Below are positions 1 to 14,439 of a stretch of DNA of 64,000 nucleotides, in pieces. Every line of letters starts with the position of its first letter. Position 1 is the stretch's first letter. The DNA comes from Fimicolochytrium jonesii (lineage: Eukaryota), in NCBI RefSeq assembly GCF_025526975.1, contig NW_026515669.1, positions 992,001-1,056,000 of the forward strand, given 5' to 3'. The position numbers and the translations under genes were made by a program. The notes below the pieces were generated by a model. It ran no database searches. It was not told the origin of the DNA and saw nothing but the letters and a program-made list of their open reading frames with translations.

Positions 1-739
1 GTCTAAAAAGGCGCTGTATGAGCGATCTTCTATCCGCCGTCGTTCGCTTGGGGCGCGAACCCACCCTGGGCTGGAGAAACCGCGTTTTTCCGATTCCTAC
101 CGTGGCAACACTGCCGGCACCGAAGCAGATGATGAGATGGATTTTGATGATTCCGGTAGTCCTCACAGCGTTCGCCAAGGCGGTGAGTCAGAGCCGGCGG
201 GAAACGCGTCCCCAGCATCGGTATCTCTGCAGCCTCTGGCGCTGGCGACCAAACACGTACGGCTCGATGAGGGGGAAAGCGGGGGCGAGCCGGCGCCTAA
301 GAAGAGGCGCTACGAGAACGCTGCAGGCGCCCGTTTTCCGTCCGGTGACAGAAGCGGCACACCCCCCACCGCCTCGACTCGCAGCAGCGTGGTGGGCGGA
401 AAGTTGAAGGCGTCACCGCCTCGCCGCTATACGAGACATTCTACGACTATTGGGAGCTCACACGGGTCTAAATCTGCGTCTTCGCCGCCTCGCTCTGCTC
501 GCCATCACCTTATTATCGGCGGGTCGGCTGGTATCGGCGGAGGAATCGCCAGGGACGGTGGCATCGCCGCTGGGAGTGGTGATACCGTCCACGGCATGAT
601 CGTTCAGGACGACGCCGAAGAGCCGGGGCATCACCCCGATGCCGAGCATTACAGAATGCATCAATTGCAACAACAGCAGTTGCAACCACCTGGGCCCCGA
701 GTGACGGATTACTATCCCATTGTGAAGATCATTAATTAA
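1..739 (+). CDS. 3' part of a gene running in from beyond the window edge; low-complexity hypothetical protein
   Basis: The frame of ORF 137-739 stays open back to position 2 (SKKALYERSSIRRRS...EADDEMDFDD). It has an NLS-like PAPKKRR, a polyQ stretch and a TAA stop at 737-739. Confidence 0.6.
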   Translation, partial: SKKALYERSSIRRRSLGARTHPGLEKPRFSDSYRGNTAGTEADDEMDFDDSGSPHSVRQGGESEPAGNASPASVSLQPLALATKHVRLDEGESGGEPAPKKRRYENAAGARFPSGDRSGTPPTASTRSSVVGGKLKASPPRRYTRHSTTIGSSHGSKSASSPPRSARHHLIIGGSAGIGGGIARDGGIAAGSGDTVHGMIVQDDAEEPGHHPDAEHYRMHQLQQQQLQPPGPRVTDYYPIVKIIN

Positions 740-1324
740 GACGAGGCGCGGATTGGGTCTAGCGGTTGCGAGGACAGGACAAGAAGCGGATATGGACGAT
801 ACTGTGAATTAGGGAGGGTGAATGAATGCGAAAGGAATAAGGAGGGACTGTTTTTTTGGATCCCCTCAACCCACGCCCGACAGACACCTCACGCGGGAGT
901 GAAGGTCTGCGGTGTTAAGCGTGCGGTAGAGCTGGGTTTGCGTTTATGTTTGAAGACCCGGTGATGGAGAGAGTGTGGGATACCTGTGGGAATACCCATC
1001 ATCAAACGTGGATAATATCGTAAATAATATTGTCTCCATCCATGGCCGATGTCCCAAATGACTCAATGAGAAATGACTGGTCAGCTCTGAAGCCAAGGAA
1101 TAGTTGCGCAAGGCAAGCATACGAGCGGTAGCGGTCGCCTCGCCAACAGTAGGCGATCTGGTTTCGAGCCACTGATGGTGACAACTGCTTTGCGCATCAC
1201 TGACAGGCCATTATCGTAAACTGTGCTTTCCTCATTCCGACAGTTACCATCAGATTTGAGATTAAACTATAGTCGATCCTTTCTATATGTATATGATATA
1301 AGTTACAGTAAACTCGCGAATCTA

Positions 1325-2090
1325 CTATTGTACGGTTTCGGATTTGCTAGGCACGCCTGGTGGTTGAGTGTATGCAGGTCGCAATTCCAGATCTTTCGAT
1401 TGGAGATCTCGCACCTGATTCAGCATCTTGTCAATCACATCCAACGACCATTCCATGTTAGTCAACTGCGGCGAACGGGGAGTTTTCGCCTGCGGGGTGC
1501 TATATACGGATGTCGGCCGAGATCCCTCGGAAATGGAAGATCCTTTATTTCTGGTGATGGTGCTGGCATCGACGACGTGGATATTATTGGCGAGCTGGAA
1601 CTTCTTGATCTGTCCTTCCTGTTCGACGGGACTATTCATGGGCAAGATCATCGCCTTCGCTTCCAATGGTGAGGCTACCTGCAGCTTGAATATTGGCGAT
1701 AACGGCATGGATGGTAACGATTGGGAGAATCGCAATTTTGACGAGTTCATCTCCCGCGGTCCTTTCGGGCGTCCATTTCGCGGCCTCTGAAGCTGCACCG
1801 GTGCGTACGGTAATGTCACTTCAGGTGATTTATCGGCCGGCGCAGGATTCAGACCTAAGATGTTGGAAGCGGAGAGCGAGAACCGTCTGCTTTGGTTCGC
1901 GAGACCCTTTGCGATCTTCTGTTTGCGTAGTGACGGGAACATGGCTTCGACGGTTGTTTCGTGGATGTTAGACTTTGGTCGGGTTGAGATCGGCTTAGCG
2001 CACATCAAGTCTTTATTTATGCTCTGGAAACCTTTCGCCGGTAAACATACTTGCTTCCCTGATCGCGGCCTCCTCCGCCACGGTAAACAT
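1325..2090 (-). CDS. Hypothetical Ser/Pro-rich protein, probably 2 exons (2090-2051, 2010-1325)
   Basis: 227-aa ORF. An upstream ATG exon (MFTVAEEAAIREA) joins in frame through a 40-nt GTATGT...AAG intron (2050-2011). No recognisable domain. Confidence 0.5.
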
Positions 2091-2581
2091 AAACTATTTT
2101 TAGCAGGTCGACCGTTCCGAAACTAGTTGAAACTTCAGACGCTACACTGTTGCCACTGAAAGCTCGTCATGTGAAAGCCTGCGGCATCACTCAAGAGAGT
2201 CGAAGCGGTCACAGCTGAAGGGAACCGTGACTACTACGTATGGAGTTAGGAACCACATTCAAAGAGATCGACTCGAAAAAATTCAAATTCCAAAATCATA
2301 TGTATTGTACTTGTAACTGTAGTAACTGTACACGTACAACTTATGTGGAACATTCTCAGAAACTTTAAAAACCTTGTTACACGGGAGACAAAAAACGACG
2401 CACAATGATGTCACTGTCATGTTCGAAATATCGGACCCTGCTGCTGCCTCAGCCTGCCTCTGCACTCAACTCAATTGAACCGCTCTCAGATTCAGAAAAT
2501 ATATAAGACCTTCTCGGCTTCGAGGATTCCCCGGACCAACACAGCTCGATCATAGGTCTTTTACTGGAAATTACTGCGAAG

Positions 2582-4256
2582 ATGCCAGCAAGAACAACCG
2601 AGCGCACGCCTCTCGTCGGGAGCCGCAACGCAAACGGCCGGCAGACTCCGAACGAGGCGCCTCAAGACTCGCCAGAGTTCTTGAAATACCGAAAGAGAGT
2701 ATTGGTGTTACTCGTCTCTGCTTATACAGTATGTTACATAGCCGTCTGGACGATCATGACTAAGAGCATTCGCTAATCGGAGCGCATTGTTGTCTTTGGT
2801 TAGGCCTACTATTTCTGCAAAACAAATCTTCCTCTGGCCATCCCGTACCTGGAGAAAGATGAGGGGCTCAAAAGGACGGATATCAACATTGTGCTGACTT
2901 CCGGATACGTGATGTACTTGATTGGAAAGTAGGTGTAGTCGTTGAATGTTCGCACGACAGATCGAGTGACGATTGCCATTTGTTAAGCTTTCCCTTTTAT
3001 GCCACCAGGTTCCTCTCAGGATATTGCAATGACCAGTTTGGTGGGAGATGGACATTGATAGGAGGCCTCGTCGGATCCGTCATCAGTAGCATTCTTTTCA
3101 CGCTCAAAACGAACGTGCCGTACTTCGCTGTTATCCGCGCCAGCAACCAGATCTTCTCGAGTGTGGGCTGGGGCGGATGCGTCAAGATTGTCCGGGGATG
3201 GTACCCACCAAGCCAGGCTGCACATGCCATTGCGATTGCCTCACTGGGCGAAACACTTGGCGACGCTGTCGTCCGCTTGACCCTTGGTTCGGCGCTGCTC
3301 GCTGGTTTGGCCTGGCAGACGATGTTTCTGATCTCGGCTGCCGTCGCGGCCGCCATTCTGATTCCCTCGTGGTTCATGCCTGGGACTCCTGAGGATAAGG
3401 GGCTTGAGGCGCCGGTGGAGAAGGAGAAGGAGGAGCAAGAGAATATGGAAAGCCGTTCCATATTCAAGGATGGAGATGATGGGATTTCCGCCATCCTCAA
3501 GAGCGGCAGGGTCTGGTTGCTGTCGATGGAGTTGCTTGTCGTCATTTTGGTAAGGACGCTCTCAAAACGGAGATTCTGCTATCTACTGGCACCTAAATTT
3601 CTCTCCTTGCCCGACAGGTCCGCGAGTCCTTTGCGAGCTTCGTCTCCTCTTTGATCGCTGCGGAGCTTGACCTCTCCGCCGCGCAAGCTAGTATCTACTC
3701 GGCCATTTTCCCGGCTATGGGTGCCGTATCAAGTATCGGAGGAGGAATGCTTCTCGACCGAGCGACGCCCGGCCGCCGAGGCTTGATCCCACTGGTCTCC
3801 TTTGTTGGCTTAACCCTGGCTCTCATTGGCATGTGGGCCGTTACACCATCGAGCGCCGGTCAATCTGGAAGTACATTCGACGCTTTCATAGAAGCCGCGA
3901 AGGACAGCAGCCACACAGACACCAAGCAGATTGTCTTGCTGATAGGAATGATCGGGTTGGTTGCGCTGTTCCTATACGCGCCGAAGGTTATCATTGACGG
4001 CGCATTTGTAATGGACTTGGCGGGAGGCGCCGACAAAGTCGGGAAGGTTACCGCTTTCGTCACGGGTGTGGGATATATTGGTGGATGTTTGTCGCCTACT
4101 GTGTCTGGCTCACTCGCCGATGTGAAGGGCTGGCCGGTTGCCATCCTGTTGATGGCGGGGCTCAGCGGTTTTGTTACCCTGATTAGTGCTGTATACTGGT
4201 GGGCGGACTTGAAGGAGTTGAGGCGAGGAGATGCATCCGATGAGGAAAGGGATTGA
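2582..4256 (+). CDS. MFS transporter, organophosphate:Pi antiporter (OPA; GlpT/UhpC/SLC37-like) family, about 4 exons
   Basis: The spliced N-terminus reads AYT|AYYFCKTNLPLAIPYL...GYVMYLIGK|FLSGYCNDQFGGR, resembling GlpT YAAYYLVRKNFALAMPYL plus MFS motif A. It also has GWGGCVKIVRGWYP and about 12 hydrophobic segments across ORFs 2980-3654 and 3651-4256. Confidence 0.85.
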
Positions 4257-4668
4257 CTTAGGACCGAATCCGCTGAATCGATCCGTCGAGTGGACAACGA
4301 ACGATCTGTCATGTATTTAATATCGACAATTTGTGGTGTCTCCATTTTTGCAACGGTCGCTTTTCGTTGAATGATTGCTTCTTGGCCATTCCAAATGGGA
4401 AAGTCCTGGCCATTGACAACGTTGCAGGGATGTGGACGCGAGCGCAAGGCGGCGCAAGAACGGTCCCTTTCGAGTCACTCGAACGCATCAATGCCAATGG
4501 GAAGATAACGACCTCTGGAGTGTCCTCACATACACATCATATTAGTGTCATGTGGGTGAAGTAGGTTCGGCCCATTGCATAGCTTTTCCTTTCCCTCATC
4601 GACGAGCATATCTCGCACTCACACCCACGACCGCCCAGTGAACAAAGAGAGGAGCCTGCAGAGTGCGA

Positions 4669-4700
4669 ACGCGTATTGCGCGTCCTCGTCTCAAACGCGT
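4669..4700. promoter_or_regulatory. Cluster of MCB-like elements (ACGCGT x2, GCGCGT x1) upstream of GCP4
   Basis: ACGCGT at 4669-4674 and 4695-4700 and GCGCGT at 4678-4683, about 270 bp before the ATG. The function is inferred. Confidence 0.35.
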
Positions 4701-4964
4701 ACGAGATCGGACACAGCTCCGGGTCCTGCATGTCCGAACCAGAAGTCGATAGCGGGGAAAACTCTTCCGCACCTTGCTTTCAACACCTACAGAGAGCCGC
4801 CGTAGTAGATTGAGTTTGAGAATATCGCTGGCCTGGTTTCTCGGAGCTCGCTTGACAGTCTCTCAGTATTGGTGAGGAGACTTATATTTTACGGGAGTCC
4901 GGAGGAGTGATTCGCTCGAGGAGTTCTTGTTCGGGAAGGTTATCAGCTTTCAAACGACTCTAGA

Positions 4965-7900
4965 ATGCTTCACGAGCTTCTCCTCGCACTCTCTGGCCAT
5001 CCTGGAGATGTCTTCGTTCCATCCCCGCCAGAAGCTCCAACCACATATGCGGTAGCCGAGGACTTCCCATTTCTCCATCCCGCCGAACGCACCGCTCTCA
5101 ACCGCCTGGCAACTCTCGGGTTTCAATACGCCTACATTCGAGACTATGTAGACGAACAGAAGAAGCAGGTGTGGGGTGCGACGCTGGGAAATCGGGCGTC
5201 GAATCCAACAGCCGCCCCCAATACGGGATTCTACAGGCTGGCACTGTGTTCGGGGTTGGACGAGGTGCTAGATGAATATACGGCGGCTATTGTGAAGACT
5301 GAGCGGAAAGTTCTATCGCAGCTGGATCTGGATACGGATGGAGGTAAGACTCCCGTTAGCTATTTGACCGCCGCTTTTGGGAAGGTAAGGCATGAGTTTG
5401 AATATGGAGGGCGTTGGTCGTTCGGAGCTTTACGGAAGGGAAAGTGTGGAGTTTCGAGCGGGAATATTGATGTGACATTGTACTCAATATATCATAATAG
5501 TATCAAATACTTTTGCCGCACATTGTGAAGCTGGTTGAGACCATGAGAAACGATCCAAGTGCCTATCATGGGGCAAGAGTGCTGAACCTGCTGCATAAAC
5601 GCTGTTATAGTGGATTGACCGAAGTGCGAAGAGCAATGATTAGGTGCGTCGGATTTCGCTGTATCATCTGAGCCAGGACAACACACATTGACTGGATTCA
5701 GTCCTCCTCCAGTCTTTTCAAAGTGTGTATGGCTGTGTTCTACAAGCAGCTCGTGTCTTGGATGTTATACGGCATTTTGCATGACCCGCATCGGGAGTTC
5801 TTCGTGACAAGCGGACATCCTTCCGGACAAATGGTAGGTGCTAGTTGTTCAAGCGGTGGAATGAAGGCAAACGCACCCACACGCTCGCAACACCAGAACT
5901 GGGCGGAGGATGGCTTTGACGTCCAGCTGGATGCCGAACACACGCAATGGTAAATTTGGGAAGCACCTACACTCCAGACAGGCATATCCTGACCAACTAC
6001 ATCCCAGGCAGTCTCGGTACAAGTTGGATCACACATTGACACTGGACTTCGTCCCTGTCAAGCTCGCCGAGGCGATTCTCTTCGTTGGAAAAGCGCTGGT
6101 CACAATCAAACAATCGAGCCAACTAGAAGGTACAGCCATTCGTCCGGAAGTCCTGTACTGATGCACTCACTTGCTAATAAATGAAGTCTCTCGCAGCTAT
6201 GGATGCAGCATCGACTTTGGTTGAGCACGCCGACTCTTTCTCTGCCCTTGCGGACGATGCCGAGTTCCAGCCATTACCATTCGAAATCGCCATCGGCAAG
6301 GTGAAAAAGGAGGTCGCGGCGATTCTGTGGGATGTAGTGGTGATGGACGAGCATCTAACGCGACACCTACATGTACGCGATCCGTCGTCGCAAGGGAATG
6401 GCTTCAAAAGTTCCTTTTGACATTAATGTTTCTGCATAGGCTATCAAAAACACCTACGAGCTGGGCTTTGGTGACTTGTGGATGGCATTCATCGAAGAGT
6501 GCTCGAAACTGAAAGCAAACGCCGTAACTCGGTTATCCCGAGTGACCGAACATGGTGAGATCACCCACCGCGAATCCCAAGCCCGGTTTCTCGCACTCAG
6601 CTAATGCTTCGGGCTTCCTAGAACTTAACTCCACCTTCAGATCTTTGCTGCGACAACGAGGCGGAGCCGATGTTGATCTGTACAGCACACATTTTCGCTT
6701 CAAAGTCGTGCTTGATAGAACAGGTAAGACTGTCTTGCGTGCATCTCTTCCCTCGATCGCCGAGTCTTCTCACACGAAGCATATCCTGGAAGACGAGCCA
6801 GACGGAGGGCTTTCCGCAATACATGTGGAGAGTTTCTTGGGGTTGGAGGTTAAGCTAGACTATGTCGTCAAATGGCCGCTCGATCTGATATTTGTGCAGG
6901 AAGACATCACAAGGTACGATAATCTTTTGCAATGCTTCAATCATCTTTATCTGTGGCAATGGGGAAATTTATGCATCCTCCGCACGCAGATACAACATCG
7001 TCTTCGCGTTCTTGTTACAGCTCAAAAGCACGCACATGCGCGTGCAACGAGTTTGTTCCTCAATCAGCCAATCCGTACGTGGCGCAGACCGGGTAGCGAG
7101 GAGCGGTCAAGATAGAAGCGATTCAAGGTCTTTAGACCTACCACGGGAGATATGGCGGCTGAGGGCGATGATGCTGTTTTTCCTGGATTGTCTGTGGTCT
7201 TACATCCAGGTATGTTGCATTTTGACCCAAGTGGTTGGTACATCGCTAAAAGTGGTTATTCAATCTCGCAGATGGATGTACTGGAATCGAACCACCAAAT
7301 CCTACTGCAACGAGTAACACGAAAGCAACAGGTTGAGCATGACGATCCGCCCCCAGATTCCGATGACGCACAGCCAACCGCCCGGCCTTCCACATCTTCC
7401 AGGCCCACTGCGATCGGTGGCTTAGTAGGCCACGCCGAACCCACCTCACAACCAAGCTCCCCACACCGGTCCAGCCGCTCTGCCACACCACATCAATCCA
7501 CTCGCACAGGCGACACTATCCACCCCGACTTTGAAGACATCCAAGCCGCACACAAAGCACATATCGACGCCGTCATGCGGGGGTGCTTTCTTGACCCGAT
7601 CATGATGCGGTTGGTGGGCAAGACGATCCAGCAAGTGTTGGAGCTGTGCCAGAGTTTCTGTGGGATGGTTGATCGGGCTTTGAGTGAGGGGTTGGATGAT
7701 TTTGAAAGGGGTGGAACGGGACGTGGGGCGGGTATGATGGCCGAATTGATTGAGGGGATGGCTCAGGTTAAACAGGTAACGGAGAGTTGACTCGTGTTGG
7801 AGTTCGCAGCGTCGGAAGTTTGCGATATCTAATTGACTATATCGTTGTTCTGCACTCTAGGACTTTGAAGCACACACATCCTTCCTGTTCCGGATGTTTT

Positions 7901-8010
7901 CGGGAGTGGAAGGGAGGACGCCACATGCTCAGACACTGTCTCAGCTCCTGCTACGATTGGACTACAATAAGTGGTTTAGTCTATCACTAGGAGAGCTCGG
8001 GATGGCCTGA
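4965..8010 (+). CDS. GCP4: Gamma-tubulin complex component 4 (Spc97/Spc98 GRIP family), multi-exon
   Basis: Diagnostic N-terminus MLHELLLALSGHPG. Internal motifs include FYKQLVSWMLYGILHDPHREFF, LAEAILFVGK, LDYVVKWPLDLIF and LWSYIQ|MDVLES. C-terminus LSQLLLRLDYNKWF; stop at 8008-8010. Confidence 0.93.
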
Positions 8011-8138
8011 TGGTCCACAATTCGAATAGATTGTACATATGTGACATACGTCTTTGAAACTACGCCATTATGGCAACGGAACGCCGCCGACGATTATGGC
8101 AAATACTACACTGAACATACACCGAAAGAGCATCATGT

Positions 8139-9928
8139 TCACTGCAACTCGTAATCAGCCCAACGTACCGATCTGGTCCGCCACCAATAGTAGAACACAG
8201 AATACGGCCAGAGTGCCGTGATACGCCCACTGCTGTTCTTGTACCAACTCTGGCAATGGCCCAGCTGCCATACTTTATCTTTCGTGCCGCCGTCCATCTC
8301 TGCTTCGAACGCTTTGAGGGCGGAGGGGCGCACGGTGAGGGTGGCTGCGGAACTGAGGATTTGCTTTTTCAGGAGTTGAGTTATATGGTTCATTTGACAT
8401 CTGTTGTAAAAGGAAGAATGGGATTGTCAGATGGCTCCCGCTGGAAACGGCGATGCGAAAGCGATGCCACGGAAAACGAGATGCTCACTCGATCATGGTG
8501 ATGACGCTCGAATGCCCTAGACCGGTGTGCGGGCCCATCAAGAAGTACAGATTCGGGAACTCGCTGACCGTCATTCCCAAATACGCTTCCAGACTATCCG
8601 ACCACCGGCGCTGTAGTGTCAACCCGTCTTTGCCGATCACCTCCACCCCATTGAACGACTCCTGGACCAGGAATCCCGTGGCCACGACAATAACGTCCAG
8701 ATCGTGACGCTCTTTATCCGAGGTCATGATCCCATTCGGGGTGATCTCGACAATGGATTCCGTTACGAGGCGAGTACTTGGGTGTCGCATGGCGGGGAGA
8801 TAGGCATCTGAGACGACGATGCGTTTGCATCCGGGATCGTAATCGGGCGTTAGCTTGGCGCGCAGGGCATCATCGGGGATCTCTTGTTTGAGATAGCTGC
8901 GGAGCATGTGGGAGAGCAGGCGGGCGATCGGGCTGCCTGATTTGAAGGCGTTGTACCAGAGGATATCTCTCTGGAAAAAAAGATTCAGTATGGACCGCCG
9001 GGCTATCTGTGGAAAACAAGAACGGAAGGTCTTACCCTGACGTAAAGGCAGAACCGCCAGAATCTCTGCAAGAATGGCACATATCTAAACATGAACTTGA
9101 GAATCCCCGAATGACGAAAGTTGTTACGCGGGGAGATCCAGCTCGCAGTTCGCTGGAACACCGTGAGCTTATCCACAATCGGTGCCAGCTCCGGCACGAC
9201 CTGCGCACCACTGGCTCCGTTCCCGATGACGGCGACTCGTTTCCCTTTCAGATCAACCTTGTTGTCCCACTCGGCTGTGTGCATCAGCTTTCCTTTGAAG
9301 TCTTTAAATCCGGGGATCTCGGGATAGTGGGGCCGGTGGAGAGGGCCTACGGCGCCGATGACGACATTCGCCGTGGTTTCCTCCAACCGTACGTTGCCGG
9401 CTTTGTCCTTGATCTTCAAAGAAAGGTGCCAGACATTCTTCCTCCCGTCCCACGCCAGTTTGACAACCTCCGTCCCGAACTGCACATGATCCGTCAATCC
9501 GCGATCTTTTACGACCGTTCGCAAGTACTGGTGTATCTCGGGCTGGGACGCGTACGCCTCTGTCCAGTCGGGCTTTTGCTGGAAACTGCAAACGGAGCGG
9601 CTCTTCAGTCACCTCCTCCCACTTATGGAGGACTCAACAGTTCAGCTCCTCACCTGAACGAGTACAGATGCGACTCGACGTCGCAAGCGCATCCCGGATA
9701 TGTGTTGAGGTGCCATGTACCACCAACGTCATACGACTTTTCATATATCGTGAAATTTGACAACTTCAGCTGTTCCTTGAGCTTCACACCTGCGCATACC
9801 CCTCCAAACCTACGAATATGCCCAGCTTGACATCAGCTATTATTGAAGCATGGCTGAAACACCGTGCAGCTAGATGACTGCCGAGTCCCAACTCACCCCG
9901 CGCCGATGACTGCAACTTTGAAGTCCAT
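8139..9928 (-). CDS. Type I Baeyer-Villiger monooxygenase (flavin-containing monooxygenase family), multi-exon
   Basis: [14 protein letters not shown] Rossmann motif; [27 protein letters not shown] fingerprint [12 protein letters not shown] (FxGxxxHxxxWD); second Rossmann [24 protein letters not shown]. Confidence 0.92.
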
Positions 9929-10180
9929 TCCCTTTTCGAGCCGTTTCTCCTTGGTGAGTTCGATGCGGGCGCGAGGGGCGCGTTCTCTGTGTCATCGCGC
10001 CTTTTATGTGACTGGCTGTGGCATGCCTCAATAACCCCACCACCATGTGAGCCCCGCGGGGTTCATACAAGTTGATACAACGCAGGCTTGCCGCTTCCGA
10101 GTTTTTCGGAGGTCAGCCGTGGGCGTACCCCACAAGCAAACCAGATCATTCGCATGTGAATTCAGGATCAGACGGCCAGC

Positions 10181-10210
10181 CCAACGGCCGTTGGAACCAC
10201 CGTTGGAACC
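10181..10210. promoter_or_regulatory. Three AACGG/CCGTT (MSA/Myb-like) cores, including a direct repeat of CCGTTGGAACC, in the BVMO/beta-tubulin divergent promoter
   Basis: Sequence ccaacggccgttggaaccaccgttggaacc read directly. The function is inferred. Confidence 0.35.
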
Positions 10211-10577
10211 GAGAATTCAATAAGTCACGCGACCTGATTACCTAATTCTAGCGAAGATTATTTCGATGTCCGACGCGCTTCCCCTTTTCTGGGTGTCTAG
10301 TGACCCTTCTTCTCTCGGGCCCCAGCGCGTGTTCTTTTCGTGCCTTCACTTCAGATTCAGAACTCAGAAAAAGGCAACGCTTCCCTCTTCGCCAGCTTGC
10401 ATCTAGCGTCAGAATCCAGCACGCAGATCCGACCTACGCCCTCCCGTACGTACTCCCTACCCTACGTGAAAGCTGCGGGCAAGATTGCGTGGGTGAACGA
10501 ACGTGTGCTGACGCGACAACCTTTGCCCTCCCTTCCTTCCATTTAGATTTTGAATCTTGGATCTTCAACGAACAAAG

Positions 10578-12280
<1,703 letters not shown>

Positions 12281-12879
12281 GTTTGAGGAGAAAGTCGCGC
12301 AACCGTCGCGTGACTGTATCGATCTCCCGTATTCTGGCTTTTGAGACTTGTTGTTTGTGATGGATGCCGGACGTTCTTTGGGACGTTTCTTCCCTTCTTT
12401 CGTATTCGTGTTCGTTGTGATGTTTTATTTGTGTGCCGCGTTTCGAGGCGCGAACAGCCTTTCCGTCCTTATTGGTAAACCAAAAACTGTAATCTAAAAA
12501 ACTTATGGAAACGCTTCTTCCGACGTTGATGGGGGCTCAAGCTGGTATCTAACGATGGGTTTCTTTTGAAGATCTTCTCTATCGATCGGAGAAGAGGGTG
12601 CCCGGTGCTGAGGACAGAAGGTTTCTGCTTTTCCATCGGGTTGACCGGTTCGTTGAAAGATTGTGACACTGACTAGGAATAGGGAATGATGATGTCACTT
12701 TGTATGTCCACCGTTTCCGCGCGTTGTTTGAGACGCGCTGGCCACATGAGCATTGAGGAGCAGATTGAGGAGGGTGCAATTCGAGCACGTCACATTCCAA
12801 CGACTTCGCCAGGGCTCCTCGAGAAAAACGAAAAAGGGCTTGCAAACCGGGCTGGCGTGACGAACCTGGCCTCGTTTGC

Positions 12880-12886
12880 TATAAAA
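12880..12886 (+). promoter_or_regulatory. TATA box
   Basis: TATAAAA about 75 bp upstream of the ATG at 12955. Confidence 0.6.
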
Positions 12887-12954
12887 GGCCGTTCAGCGGA
12901 CCTCGCCCCTCAGCGCTTTCACCCCGCAATCAATCGCAGCAGCAACAGCCCACA

Positions 12955-13843
12955 ATGGCCCACCCAACACTCCTCCGTCTGGGAAACACCCTCGTCTACA
13001 TCTTCTTCCTCTCCTCGTCTCTGTACGATGTCGCTGGTCCGGACAGCGGCAGCATCGGCTACGGCAAGCACCAGACGTATCTGACTCCTGCGCCGTTTGC
13101 GTTTGCGATCTGGGGTTTGATCCACTTTTTGTTCTTTGGATTTGTTGTTTGGCAGGTTAGTTTTTGGAAGAGTGTTCAGCAGTTCATTGGTTCCTTTTCG
13201 TAGCCGATATCAACTCTTTGATTTCTTGCAACAGTGGTTTGCCCCCAAGGAAGAGAGCGACGAGATCGTTGTCAACGGCTACGGAAGCTGGTTCATCATC
13301 GCCGGTCTCCTCACATCGCTCTGGCACAACAACTGGGAGTCAGGCCACCTCGTCATCAGCTTGATCATCCTCCTATTCGCCTCCGGATCCGTCACCTCCA
13401 TCTACTACCAGCTCCAATCCCGCCCCGCCAAAACTCCCATCGAGCACCTGTTCGTTCACGCCCCCGTCTCCCTCTTCCACGGCTGGCTCGTCTTCATCAC
13501 ATGGCTTAACATCTTTGCCATCTTCACCAAGGTCGCTGACCCGGCCCACCCCAATCTCCTGCACCGCATCCTCGTCTTCCTTGTGCTGTTGAAGCTGGCG
13601 TTCACCGCTATGGGATACACGGAGCTGAAGAACAACGCTCACGGCGACATTGCTGGGGCGTTCGCCATCACATGGGCGTTGATCGCCGTCGGCGTTGGGC
13701 AGGAGAGCAAGTTCATCACAATCTCTGCTCTTGTCCTCGCTGGATGGTCCACCGTGTATGCGCTCAAACCCCAGGTTTTCAAGAAGAGCGCCATCACATC
13801 CGAGCGTCAGCCTTTGTTGGGCGCTCCCGGCAACGTCGTTTAA
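12955..13843 (+). CDS. Multi-pass (about 7 TM) membrane protein, TspO/MBR-related tryptophan-rich family, 2 exons
   Basis: TYLTPAPFAFAIWGLIH motif; APVSLFHGWLVFITWLN; GDIAGAFAITWALIAV; intron about 13156-13234; strongly C-biased codons. Confidence 0.7.
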
Positions 13844-14439
13844 AGGACGTTGATTTGACGTAGCAGCACCGTCAGTGGTGCTAGAGTGCATCCCCCAAGT
13901 CGTATTTCTGTATCATCGCCTGTGTGGTGTAGTCGCCTTTCCCTTCATTTTTTTGGGCGTAGTTTTACCCATCCCTCCGTCGCCGATAGCATTTCTGTAT
14001 ATGTAGCAAAGTATATTTGTTTGTGAATGAATATGATACAACCATGTTTGAAGAAAAAAGGCAGTGCCACTGGCATGATGTGTTCTTTTGTGTGATTGAG
14101 TTTGTTTGTGTTGTTTATGAGAACGGTGAATTCACGTTTTGTCCGAAAGTGAACTTTCGCTCGTTTGACCAGGACTCTAGAACCCCCGTTCTCACATCGA
14201 AGGCGAAGACAAAGTTGTCTCCCCGTAAAATTCCAGTAGCGAAAACGCAAGCCGCCATTTCTCGCTTGCAGTAGCCCTCTTTGAGCAAGGCGTTGTTGTG
14301 TGATTGGCGGTCAGGACATCAACGACCCAGAACACTTCCGGGTCGGACCCTTTTCTCTTCTAGCGACGCGTCCGATCTTGGGAATCTCGGAGTTTGGCTC
14401 TGCAGAACGATACCGATTGCAAACGAGAGGCAAGCGAAG

